34,911 bases of DNA from Octopus sinensis (Eukaryota), in the NCBI RefSeq assembly GCF_006345805.1, contig NW_021832875.1:1-34911 (forward strand), in the 5' to 3' direction. The position numbers and the translations under genes were made by a program. This document shows positions 21,670-33,461 of this stretch, one piece after another. The notes under the pieces are model-generated. The model saw only the letters and a program-made list of their open reading frames with translations. It was not told where the DNA came from and searched no databases. Position 1 is the stretch's first letter; each line of letters begins with the position of its first letter.

Positions 21670-21905
21670 CAAACGTTACTACTTTTGTGCAACTCAAATT
21701 TTCATGCTAAACAGAGCATTCATCAGATTTCGTATTTCTCATTTTTGTCTTTTTGTCTGTCAGACAATTGACTCTATGGATCTCATCATTCCATCTTTCA
21801 CTTCACAGGTTTCTGCCTTCGGAATTCAATCCAAATACGTCTTGCTGATGAATGTTGTATTTGGTATGAAACTGAACCAAAGTTTGGCAAAAGTTGTAGT
21901 GTTTA
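21670..21905. mobile_element. Old head-to-head inverted pair of HHR-like motifs
   Basis: Minus 21726-21700 CTGATGAATGCTCTGTTTAGCATGAAA versus plus 21846-21872 CTGATGAATGTTGTATTTGGTATGAAA (22/27 identical). Both are followed by CAAAAGT(A/T)GTA. Confidence 0.5.
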
Positions 21906-21929
21906 TCTCCTATATTATCTTAAATATAA

Positions 21930-21935
21930 TGCATT

Positions 21936-21981
<46 letters not shown>

Positions 21982-22260
21982 TATATACACATATACAAAC
22001 ATATACATACATATACACACATATATATATATACATACATATACATATATACACATATACACACATATACATATATATACATATATACATATATATATTA
22101 TCTATATATATAGACATACATACATACATATATATATCATACATATATATATATACATATATATATGCATATATACATACACACATATATATACATATAC
22201 ATATATATATATATATATATATTTGTATGCATATCTGTAGGTGTATGTTTTGCATGTGTG

Positions 22261-22305
<45 letters not shown>

Positions 22306-22326
22306 TATTATATATATATATATATA

Positions 22327-22357
<31 letters not shown>

Positions 22358-22791
22358 TACACAAATATATATATACGCATACATATGTATGTGTGTATGA
22401 GTGTGTGCATACATATATGCATATCTTCATACATATATACATAATATAGACACACATATGTATATGTATATACATCTTTGTATACATATTTATCTATATT
22501 CATTTGTGTATGAGTGTCTGTGTTTGTGTATACATACAAGCTACATAATACATATGTGTATATATATGTAAGTGTGCCTGTGTATATGTGCATGTATGTA
22601 TGTATGCATGTATGTATGGATACATAGATATTTATACATTACTTCAATATACTCATAAATACATATGTATGAGTATATATATAAATATATACATGAATGT
22701 ATATACAAATAGATACATATATATAATACATATACATATGTATATATATATATATATGTATATATATGTATATATATATTGTATATATATG

Positions 22792-22835
<44 letters not shown>

Positions 22836-22925
22836 GTATATTATATATATATGTATATGCTTGTGCAAGTGATGTGTGTGTATGTGTATGTGTGTGTGTG
22901 TGTGTTGGTGTATGAATATATATAG
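21930..22925. repeat. (TA)n/(TACA)n/(TG)n compound microsatellite
   Basis: Visible repeats. Confidence 0.9.
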
Positions 22926-23040
22926 TGAGAGAAGAGAGCAGGAGGGAGGGTGGGCTGGCGGAGACAGAGAGGCCTTAGAAAGGTTGTTGACCACAATCTA
23001 AATCGCAATATCAGAAGAAACCATAGAATATTCAGGAGGC

Positions 23041-23071
<31 letters not shown>

Positions 23072-23189
23072 TAGAGGAACGGCAGAAGAGGAATGGTGGT
23101 GGTGGTCGTGGTGGGAGTGATGTAACCTGGCCAGCAACGGTAAATCAGAGCATCAACGACAATGACACTACCTTGTGATAATCTCCATA

Positions 23190-23690
23190 ACAACAACAAC
23201 AACAACAACAGCAACAACACAACAACAATAATAATATAATATAATAATAATAATAATAATAATACTAACGATAATAATTTAATAATAATAATATAATAAT
23301 AATAATAATAATGATAATAATATAGATAATAAAATGATAATAATACATATAATAATATAATAATATTAATAATAATATAATAATGATAATAATACTTAAT
23401 CATAATAATAATAATAATAATAATATTAATAATATACTATAATATAATAATAATAATAATATTAATAATAATAATACTATAATACTAATATTAATAATAA
23501 TAATAATAATAATAATAGGATTATAATAATAATAATAATAAAATGATCTAATAATAAGATTAATAATAATAATAATAATAATGATAAAGAATATTAATAA
23601 TAATAATATAATAATAATAATAATAATGATAATAATAATAATGATAATAATAATAATGATAATAATGATAATAATAATAATGATGGTAAT
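23190..23690. repeat. (AAT)n microsatellite
   Basis: Visible repeat. Confidence 0.9.
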
Positions 23691-23714
23691 AACATCCTTA
23701 AATAATTCAACATC

Positions 23715-23967
23715 CTTAAACAACCCTTATTCAGGGACCTTTTGAGTGGGATGGGTTACCCGACCAGATGAAAATTCTAACTGGGCCCCACCCGCAAGGT
23801 CATGCGCTGTTTATCTTGTTATGAGATCACCATGTCGCGCACATATGGTTGTGAAGCATGTGCCTGGTGTACCCTTATCAGACGGGTAGTTATGATGGGT
23901 ATACTGGGCTTCGTATAATTTACCCTAGTGTCACTTTGATGGCATGCTCTCTCACTCAATGATGATG

Positions 23968-24015
<48 letters not shown>
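23715..24015 (+). mobile_element. Probable LINE/SINE 3' end with (AAT)n tail
   Basis: GC-richer ~245-bp block ending GGCATGCTCTCTCACTC and then (AAT)n. Confidence 0.4.
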
Positions 24016-24017
<2 letters not shown>

Positions 24018-24061
24018 CCTTTCAACTGAAGGCAGAAGGCTTGAAATAAAAGATAAACAAT

Positions 24062-24125
24062 ACGGCGGTGCCCCAGCATGGCCGCGGCCTTCGGGCTAAA
24101 ACATTTTTATGGATTTAAGGATTTA
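24062..24125 (+). mobile_element. Orphan retroposon 3' tail
   Basis: GGCGGTGCCCCAGCATGGCCGCGGCCTTCGGGCTAAAAC, the same motif as the SINE A tail. Confidence 0.6.
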
Positions 24126-24966
24126 ATACACACACACACATGCCTGTTGGACCCTGGAAAGAAGTTGATCCATGCTAGCAAGAAACACGAACAATAAATG
24201 ATAATGATGATGATGATGATGATAATGTGTGTGTGTGTGTGCGTGCGTGTATGTGTGTGTGTATGTGTGTTATATACATATAAAGGATAAGGCTTACGTA
24301 TTATTGCTATAAACCTGCATTATAAACATGTATGTCTGTCTGTTTGTCTATATATGTATTACATGTCTACATGTACATACATGGCAACATCTCAACATGT
24401 AAAGTAGTGAGTTGAAAACACTTCAATGAACTGAAATTACCTTTGCAATTAAGAGATAAAAACTCCCTCTGGGGAGAATGCTTTTAAAATCTCAAGAAGA
24501 AAACATAATTCACCAAGGGAGACAACACTGTGAAGATCAGTGGATTGAAATTTTGGAGGAAGAGTATTACATATAATGCAGGTAGAAGCCTCTTGAGTAA
24601 GCGATGGGATTAACCTAGTAATTAATGGGAATCAGGTTCAAATAGCACTGCAGGCAGTCTGTCTCTGGTTGCATTGATGAGTCATGTTTATATAATTACT
24701 TAATACACTTTTGGGAATATAGTGTAGAGTGGACTGGTATTCTATCCCGGGGGAATGCAAATAACTTGTTTACTTTAACACTACTGGACTATTCTCAATG
24801 AAGGAGTGAGCCTCTATATGGACACCAAATTCTTTAGAAATAGCAGCTAAATATGCCTCAAATTACACCCTACTGACTGTCTTTAACATTTTAACTGTGA
24901 AATTTATTTCATGGTTATTCCAGTAATGATGTTACAAATCTACCAAAACAAACGAAAAATTAATAT

Positions 24967-25128
24967 AGGCGTAGGAGTGGCTGTGTGGTAAGTTGCTTGC
25001 TTACGAGCTATATGGTTCCGGGTTCAGTTCCACTGCGTGGCACCTTAGGCAAGTGCCTTCCACTATAGCCTCGAGCCGACCAATGCCTTGTGAGTGGATT
25101 TGGTAGACGGAAACTGAAAGAAGCCCGT

Positions 25129-25165
<37 letters not shown>

Positions 25166-25383
25166 GTGTGTGTTTGTGTGTCTGTGTTTGTCCACCCAAC
25201 ATCGCTTGACAACCGATGCTGGTGTGTTTACGTCCCCGTCACTTAGCGGTTCGGCAAAAGAGACCGATAGAATAAGTACTGGGCTTACAAAAGAATAAAT
25301 TCCGGGGTCGAGTTGCTCGATTAAAGGCGGTGCTCCAGCATGGCCGCAGTCAAATGACTGAAACAAGTAAAAGAGTAAAAGAG
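24967..25383 (+). mobile_element. SINE A, full length
   Basis: Complete head, core, TA tract and tail. Confidence 0.9.
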
Positions 25384-25637
25384 TATATATATATATAAAT
25401 TTATAAATAAGGATAATATCGATATTCAAATATCGATATTATCAAGTGGCCAGCATGGGAAAAAATACCGTACAAAGGTAATAATTTTTTTTTTTAATAA
25501 TATTTTTTGCTAGTCTATTTTGTCCCTCTGTCTTATCTCATGGTACGATATGAACATTTTAACGTGCTTTTTATAGTCAGGATTTTGACTGCTATTTCGG
25601 AATGGTGGTGTCTCTCATACACCCTTATTTTTAGTTA

Positions 25638-25697
<60 letters not shown>

Positions 25698-26404
25698 GTT
25701 TGTATTATTATACCTATCTTATAAGTTTGTATTGTTTCAATAACTGGAGTGTGGACATGCTGGGGCACTTCCTTATATATAATATATATATATATATGCA
25801 CACACACCCATCATACATACATATATAAATGCATACACACACACACACTTACACAAATCTATATACATACATATACATTCATACACACACATACACAAAT
25901 ACAGTGCACACATATAAACTCCTATATTCATACACACACACATATGTACATGGATGCATGCACTCCTATACACACACACATATATACACACTCATACACT
26001 CCTACATGTGCCAGCAGCAAAAAACTCGTTAACCCATGCACAAATTAAATCTTATAACATTGATCACAAATTCAACGACAGATGGCGCTGCTATGCAAGA
26101 TGGATCTTGGCTCATTGCTTCACAAGCAGAGCCAATGTAGGAGCCGCTAGGTGGTCACATGACCTGCTAGAAATAGCAGTAATGTCTCCCTCAAATTGTA
26201 CTCTGGCATCCTGAATAGAAGGAGCAGTTATATAGAAAGTGTAGTGGGGTGGAGGGAAGGTAATGGTCATGGCAGGAAGGTCTTTCATTGAGGCTTAGAT
26301 TGAGCAAGAATGCAAGTATAATATTTACTGCCTCTAGCATTAACATTAATAATGATTTAAAATTTTGTTACAAGACCAGAAATTTTCAGAAGGGTTTAAG
26401 TTGA

Positions 26405-26545
26405 TTACATCAGCCCCCAATACTCATCTGATACATTTTCTTATCGACCCCCCAAAAGGATGGAAGGCAAAATTGACCTCGGTGGGATTTGAACTCAGAA
26501 CATAGAGACAGACGAAATGCTGCTAAATATTTTGCCCAGTACAAT
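26405..26545 (-). mobile_element. SINE B-related, diverged partial
   Basis: GAAGGCAAAATTGACCTCGGTGGGATTTGAACTCAGAAC is the reverse complement of the B-box region. Confidence 0.7.
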
Positions 26546-26549
26546 ACCA

Positions 26550-26596
26550 TAATAACAATGATGATAATAATAATAATAATAATGATAATAATAATA

Positions 26597-26634
<38 letters not shown>

Positions 26635-26797
26635 TAATAATAATAAGGATGATGATAATAATAATAATAATAATAATAATGATGATGATAATAATAATAA
26701 TAATAATAATAATGATGATGATGATGAGGAGGAGGAGGAGGATAACAACAATAATGATAATAATAATGATAATAATAAAAATAATAAAAATAATAAC

Positions 26798-26841
<44 letters not shown>

Positions 26842-26945
26842 GGATGATGATGATAATAATAATAATAATGATAATAATAATAACAATAATAATGATAATA
26901 ATAATGTTGTTGCTGCCGATACTACTACTACTACTACCACTGCCA
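26550..26945. repeat. (AAT)n/(GAT)n microsatellite
   Basis: Visible repeats. Confidence 0.9.
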
Positions 26946-26969
26946 TTATGCCTATTATACTACAACTAA

Positions 26970-27020
26970 TACCAGCATTGGTTGTCAAGCAATGCTAGGG
27001 GGATAAACACACACAACCAT

Positions 27021-27055
<35 letters not shown>

Positions 27056-27220
27056 CGACAGGCTTCTTTCAGTTTCCGTCTACCAAATCCACTCACAAGG
27101 CATTGGTTGGCCCGAGGCTATAGCAGAAGACACTTGCCCAAGATGCCACACAGTGGGACTGAACCCGGAACCATGTGGTTTGTAAGCAAGCTACTTACCA
27201 TACAGCCACTCCTGCGCCTA
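26970..27220 (-). mobile_element. SINE A, 5' two-thirds
   Basis: Reverse complement of the head, core and TA tract. Confidence 0.85.
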
Positions 27221-27364
27221 TATATATTTACCTTCCTACTAAATATACACCCTATGTCCCCCTTAAAAGGTCTATACCAAACTTATTCATATAACAATAC
27301 TCAGTTTGTCGTAATGTTCCATATACTTAACACCTAATATTATATTGGTATATCATTTATTTTG

Positions 27365-27413
27365 CCTATGATGAGGTTCTGCTTTAAAGAATGAATCGAA
27401 ACAGCTGTAAAGA
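27365..27413 (+). ncRNA. Degenerate type I HHR-like motif (distinct family)
   Basis: CCT-ATGATGA-GGTTC...GAATC-GAAA-CAGCTG-TA-AAG: palindromic ACAGCTGT stem III, GUA triplet, C3 to A, weak stem I. Confidence 0.4.
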
Positions 27414-27489
27414 TCATGTTTATTTTTGCAGTTAATAAATATACTTATTAACTGATGTATCTCTATTTTATTATTTTTCTTGAATATAC

Positions 27490-27864
27490 ACAGTGCTAGT
27501 AGGGTGCCAAGAGCACCATCTGAGCATGATCGTTGCCAGAGCAGCCAACTGGCTTCTGTACCCGTGGCACATAAAAGGGCACCATTCGAGCATGATCTTT
27601 ACCAACGTCACTTCACTAGCACGTGTAAAAAGCTTTGAGCGACGTCATTGCCAGTACCACCCGACTGGCCCCCGTGCCAGTGGCATGTAAAAAGCACCCA
27701 CTACACTCTCGGAGTGCTTGGCGTTAGGAAGGGCATCAAGCTGTAGAAACTCTGCCAGATCAAGATTGGAGCCTGGTGCAGCCATCTGGTTTGCCAGCCC
27801 TCAGTGAAAATCGTCCAACCCATGCTAGCATGGAAAGCGGACGTTTAACGATGATGATGATGAT

Positions 27865-27865
<1 letters not shown>
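27490..27865 (+). mobile_element. Family C (RTE 3' end) copy
   Basis: GTGGCACATAAAAGGGCACC...TTAGGAAGGGCATC...CATGGAAAGCGGACGTTTAACGATGATG. Confidence 0.85.
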
Positions 27866-27900
<35 letters not shown>

Positions 27901-27904
27901 CCAC

Positions 27905-28093
27905 ACATTGGTGTTGGTTTGTTTATGTCCCCATAACTTAGTGTGGCAAAAGAGACTAGCAAAATAATACCAGAATTTAAAAAGAAAAAAATTATAAATC
28001 CTGGGGCCAATTTGTTCAACTAAAACCCTTCAAGACTGAGCATAGCCACAGTCCAATGATTGAAACAAGTAAAAGATGAAAGATAAAAGAATA
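27905..28093 (+). mobile_element. Old SINE A-related 3' part
   Basis: ATGTCCCCATAACTTAG...CAGTCCAATGATTGAAACAAGTAAAAGA. Confidence 0.6.
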
Positions 28094-28389
28094 ATGATAT
28101 TGCTCGATGGACTGACATTGTAATTGAAGGATTTCGGACATTTTCATGAAATCACTTAAAAATGGCATCCTAAGGGAGGTGGGAGAATAAATGGATACCT
28201 GTGCCAAGGAAACAACCAATGGTTTTCTGTTAAGTGCCAAACCTTTGTGCAGGTGTGTCAAGGGACCTAGATTGTCTTGAAATTGGATTAAGAGAGAAAT
28301 TGCAATAAAAAGCTTTTGATAAATGTGGAATTAGATTAGCAATAGTCGCGATGATTCAAAGATACTAAAGATGATATACTACAAAATGT

Positions 28390-28860
28390 GTGTGCGTGTG
28401 TGTGTGTGTATGCGTATGTGTGTGTATATGTGTGTGTATGCGTATGTGTGTGTGTGTGTGTGTTCATTTTTACACACTCTTCCAGCTAGCTGTACTTCTC
28501 AATTCTAAAATGAACGTACACACACACAGCAGATACAGGCACACACACATATGTGCACAGATTCAAACTCACACACACACACAGAGCAGATACAAGCATA
28601 CACATACGTGCATAAATACAAACACACACACATACACACATGGGAGATACACGCACACAGACATATCCAACACACACACACACATATATTCACACACATA
28701 GCAAATACAAGCACACACACATGCATGCACACAGATACAAGCACACACATCTACAACACATACACACACAAACATGCATAGATATAAATGCACCCATATG
28801 TACACACACAACAGATGCAAGCACATGCATATATGTGCAGAGATACAAACACACATATAT
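28390..28860. repeat. (TG)n/(CA)n-rich compound microsatellite
   Basis: Visible repeats. Confidence 0.85.
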
Positions 28861-28870
28861 CTACATACGT

Positions 28871-29055
28871 AGGTGCAGGAGTGGCTGTGTGGTAAGTAGC
28901 TTGTTTACCAACCACATGGTTCCGGGTTCAGTCCCACTGCGTGGCACCTTGGACAAGTGTCTTCTGCTATAGCCTCGGGCTGACCAAAGCCTTGTGAGTG
29001 GAGTTGGTAGACGAAATTGAAGAAGCCCGTCGTATATATAAGTTAAGTTTTTTAC

Positions 29056-29090
<35 letters not shown>

Positions 29091-29697
29091 GCGCAGGAGT
29101 GGCTGTGGGTAAGTAGCTTGTTTTCAACACATGGTTCCGGGTTCAGTCCCACTGCGTGGCACCTTGGACAAGTGTCTTCTGCTATAGCCTCGGGCTGACC
29201 AAAGCCTTGTGAGTGGAGTTGGTAGACGGAAATTGAAAGAAGCCCGTCGTATATATAAGTAATTTTTACATATATATATATATATATATGCGCAGGAGTG
29301 GCTGTGTGTAAGTAGCTTGTTTTATCAACCACATGGTTCCGGGTTCAGTCCCCACTGCGTGGGCACCTTGGGCAAGTGTCTTCTTCTCTATAGCCCCGGG
29401 CCGACCAAAGCCTTGTGAGTGGTTTTGGTAGACAGAAACTGAGAGAAGCCTGTCGTATATATGTATATATAATATTTATGTGTGTGTGTATGTGTTTTGT
29501 TGTCTGTGTTTGTCCCCCTAGCATTGCTTGACAACCGATTGCTGTGTGTTTACGTCCCCGTTGCTTAGCGGTTCGGCAAAAGAGACTGATAGAATAAGTA
29601 CTAGGCTTACAAAGAATAAGTCCTGGGGTCGATCTGCTCGACCAAAGGCGGTGCTCCAGCATAGCCACAGTCAAATGACTGAAACAAGTAGAAGAGT
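28871..29697 (+). mobile_element. SINE A tandem triplication: 5' halves at 28871 and 29091, full copy at 29290-29697
   Basis: Three heads with a repeated linker ATATAAGT..TTTTTACATATATA. Confidence 0.85.
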
Positions 29698-29764
29698 AAC
29701 TACTACTGCTGCTACTGTTTTTGTTGTTTGTGTTGTTATTATTTTCAATTGCATTTCTTTTGAA

Positions 29765-30005
29765 ATATGAGAGAGAGAGAGAGAGAGAGAGTGAGAGAGA
29801 GAGAAAGAGAGTGAGAGAGAAAGTGAGAGAGAGAGCGATGAAGAGAGAGATGAACAGAGAGAGAGAAACAATGCGTGAAAGAAAAAGATGAAGGAGGTAG
29901 GAGGACAGCTTGAGTAGAATAGGGGTGGGAGGAGGCAGAGGAGGAGGCGGAGGAGGAGGAGGAGGAGGAGGAGGAGGAAGAGGGGTGGGTGCGAAGGGAG
30001 GAGAT
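29765..30005. repeat. (AG)n and (GGA)n polypurine tracts
   Basis: Visible repeats. Confidence 0.85.
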
Positions 30006-30349
30006 GACAAAAAGGGAAGGAATTACAAAATGTAATGGAAAAATATTAAAAAACATACAAAAATATTTTTTTTAAAATGGGACTTAAATACAAATAAAAC
30101 CCGATAAAAAAGGAAATAAAAACCCCCAGAACTCTTTTGAAAAAAATCTTGTTAGGGGAAATTTTTCATTTTGAAAGAAAATTGAAAATGCCAACAAAAC
30201 AACAACAGCAACAACAATATTATTAATAACAATACCAACAACATCTGTAAGAACAGTATCAATAGTAATTCCTTTTATTAGCCACAGGGGCATTGATGAG
30301 GTGGGACATCAAAAGGACAGACAACAATTTGCATGGAGAGCCATAACTA

Positions 30350-30551
30350 TGTCTGTAACAACAACAACAACAACAACAACAATAATAACAGCTGTAACAA
30401 CAACAATATTAACAACATAACAATAACCATAATGATATCTATAATAAAGACAGCAACATTATCTACAATGTTGGCATCTGTAACAACAACAACAACAACA
30501 ACAACAATAACAGCTGTAACAACAACAATATTAACAACATATTATTATTAC

Positions 30552-30582
<31 letters not shown>

Positions 30583-31027
30583 TTCATAATCATAATAATA
30601 ATAATAATTATTATTATTATATTATCATTATCATTATTATTATCATTATTATTATTATTATCATTATCATTCTTATTATTATCATTATCATTATTATTAT
30701 TATCATTATCATTATTATTATCATTATCATTATTATTATCATTATCATTATTATTATCATTATCATTATTATTATCATTAATCATATTATTATTATCTAT
30801 TATATATTCATTCATTATCATTATTTATATTATCATTATTCATTATCATTATATTATCAATTATTGCATTATTATTATCATTATTATCATATTATTATTA
30901 TATCATTATTCTAATCATTATTACATTATCATTATCATTATTATTATATATCTCATTATTATTATTATTATCATTATCTATTATCATTATCATTATTATT
31001 ATTATTATCATTATCATTATTATTATC

Positions 31028-31062
<35 letters not shown>

Positions 31063-31171
31063 CATATATTATTATCATTATCATTATATTATCATTATTT
31101 TATTATTATTATCATTATCATTATTATTATCATTATCATTATCATTATTAGATTAGTACATTATCATTATT

Positions 31172-31203
<32 letters not shown>

Positions 31204-31205
31204 AA
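30350..31205. repeat. (AAC)n/(ATT)n/(ATC)n compound microsatellite
   Basis: Visible repeats. Confidence 0.9.
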
Positions 31206-31210
31206 CTTTA

Positions 31211-31308
31211 TAGGCATAGGAGTGGCAGTGTGGTAAGTAGCTTGATTACAAACCACATGGTTTCGGGTTCAGTCCCTCTGCGAGGCATCTTGGGCAAGTG
31301 CCTTCTTC
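31211..31308 (+). mobile_element. SINE A, 5' fragment
   Basis: TAGGCATAGGAGTGGCAGTGTGGTAAGTAGC...GGGCAAGTG. Confidence 0.8.
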
Positions 31309-31694
31309 CTTTATTGGGCTCGTGTCTATTTATGAATCTGTTCCCATGTTTTCTGTCTCCATGTAGGTTCTGTCCCTTTCAGTGAATCTACCCCATAATG
31401 ATTTGTATAATTAAGACAGCAACATTATCTACAATGTTGGCATCTGTAACAACAATCATAACAACATCTGTAACGATGCTAACATCCATAACGACATCAA
31501 CAACAACAAAAACAGCAATAATGACATCTATAACGACAATGTTTAACAACAACGACATCAACAGCAATTTCAATAATGACATCCATAACATCAACAACCA
31601 CAATAATGACATCTGTTACAACAACAACAATTTCAGCAAATAAAATACAAATTATAAACTTAAATGGAAACATAATACATTTTGATTTTTTTTT

Positions 31695-31890
31695 GTGTAT
31701 TTTTTGATTAATTTTGTTTATTTTTTGATTAGTTTTGTTTATTGTTTGATTATTTTTGATTATTTTTGTTTATTGTTTGATTATTTTTGTTTATTTTTTG
31801 ATTATTTTTGTTTATTTTTTGATTATTTTTGTTTATTTTTTTCATTATTTTTGTTTATTTTTTTGATTAATTTTGTTTATTATTTTTGTT
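31695..31890. repeat. ~20-bp T-rich minisatellite
   Basis: Unit approximately TTTGATTATTTTTGTTTATT, repeated about 9 times. Confidence 0.75.
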
Positions 31891-32213
31891 TCTTTGTTTT
31901 GTTAATGTATGTAACTTTGTTTTTTTTTATATTAAATTTTTATCTTCCTTTTTTAGTTTTCTGTACATTTTTTTCTTTTTTATGACTATTTATTTATTCT
32001 TTTTTTTGTGCCGAAAGCGCTTCAGGATAGTGTTTATCTGGTTACTCAAGGGATGTTCTTTGAAAGACACACAGACAGACGGATGGGCAGTCAGATGGCC
32101 ATACAGAGAGGACCCAGGAGCCAAGAAAAAACGCCTACATATACTTTCACAACATTGCACACAGACAAACACACACACGTTTGTACACACATATATGTGT
32201 TTGTAGGGGGATG

Positions 32214-32247
<34 letters not shown>

Positions 32248-32329
32248 TACATATAAGCATGTATGTATATGGTTAATTTTAAAAATAGAGAAAAAGACAC
32301 AAAAAAACACAACGTAGGACATAGCACAT

Positions 32330-32403
32330 GCAAAGTATTAATAAAACGCAGAGAAGGAAAAGAGTGGCTGTTTATATTATATATATTATTATATATCTAT
32401 ATA

Positions 32404-32451
<48 letters not shown>

Positions 32452-32470
32452 GTATATGTTATATATGTAT

Positions 32471-32509
<39 letters not shown>

Positions 32510-32611
32510 AACACTACACACACAACACATACACATCTATCTGTCAGCTATCCATCTGACTATCTAGCCAAATAGTCAGATAGACAACAACGTACATAGA
32601 TAAATAGATAG

Positions 32612-32642
<31 letters not shown>

Positions 32643-32810
32643 GACAGACAGACAGGCAGACAGACAGACAGGCAGACAGATAGACAGACAGACAGATAGA
32701 TAGACAGATAAATAGAAAGATAGATAGACAGGTAGATAGACAAACAGGCAGACAAATAGATAGATAGATAGATAGATAGAGATAGAGAGAGAAAGAAATA
32801 TAGTATGATA
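32330..32810. repeat. (TA)n and (AGAT/AGAC)n microsatellites
   Basis: Visible repeats. Confidence 0.85.
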
Positions 32811-33023
32811 AAATTCTTATTTAACAACTATTATTTTGCAATTTAATAAAACATGTATAAATAATTTATTTTATAATATTTTATAGTAAGGAATAAATTA
32901 CATGTCTGCATTAATATAAACAATCTTTAAGCTAATGTGGACATTATGTTTGCTCTTTGAGTTAAAAGGAATCCATGTTAAAAAAATAATCCCTGATTAG
33001 TTGAATCCATATGCTTCAAAAAA

Positions 33024-33377
33024 GTGGAGGCGCAATGGCCCAGTGGTTAGGGCAGCGGACTCACGGTCATAGGATCGCGGTTTCGATTCCCAGACCGGGC
33101 GTTGTGAGTGTTTATTGAGCGAAAACACCTAAAAGCTCCACGAGGCTCCGGCAGGGGATGGTGGTGATCCCTGCTGTACTCTTTCTCTCACTCTTTCTCT
33201 CTGTCTCTGTTGTACCTTTATTTCAAGGGGCCAGCCTTGTCACTCTCTGTGTCACGCTGAATATCCCCGAGAACTACGTTAACGGTACACGTGTCTGTGG
33301 AGTGCTCAGCCACTTACACGTTAATTTCACGAGCAGGCTGTTCCGTTGATTCGGATCAACCAAAACCCTCGAGTGCT
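33024..33377 (+). mobile_element. tRNA-derived SINE family D, full length, tail type 2, imperfect TSD
   Basis: A-box TGGCCCAGTGG, B-box GGTTTCGATTCC. Flanked by TCCATA(TG)CTTCAAAAAA at 33006-33023 and 33378-33393. Confidence 0.85.
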
Positions 33378-33461
33378 TCCATACTTCAAAAAAATACCTG
33401 TATACATCAGACTTAGTAAAAAGTAAGCAACGTTTTGAAACGTGAAATTCATCACAATATA

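Noticed and set aside
21763-21869. Candidate plus-strand exon (polypyrimidine-CAG acceptors, TTG|GTATGA donor)
   Set aside because: It overlaps the inverted HHR-like repeat pair, which explains the sequence better, and the peptides have no recognisable homology.
23005-23178. Open frame ISEETIEYSGGK(Q)nLEERQKRNGGGGRGG...
   Set aside because: Driven by (CAA)n and (GGT)n tracts, with no start codon or good splice acceptor.
26076-26157. Two CTCF-like motifs (CAGATGGCGC; CCGCTAGGTGG)
   Set aside because: Partial matches only, and the second overlaps a repeat-like segment (GGTCACATGACCTGCTAGAAATAGCAG, partly repeated at ~24835). Not supportable without ChIP data.
32005-32035. CC-GAAA-GCGC-TT-CAGG, an HHR-like 3' half
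   Set aside because: No CUGANGA or stem I/II partner upstream, and the surrounding sequence looks error-prone.
33024-33100. tRNA-like sequence
   Set aside because: It has A and B boxes but no full cloverleaf with an acceptor stem, and it continues into a SINE body with a TSD. The other tRNA-like heads are likewise SINEs.
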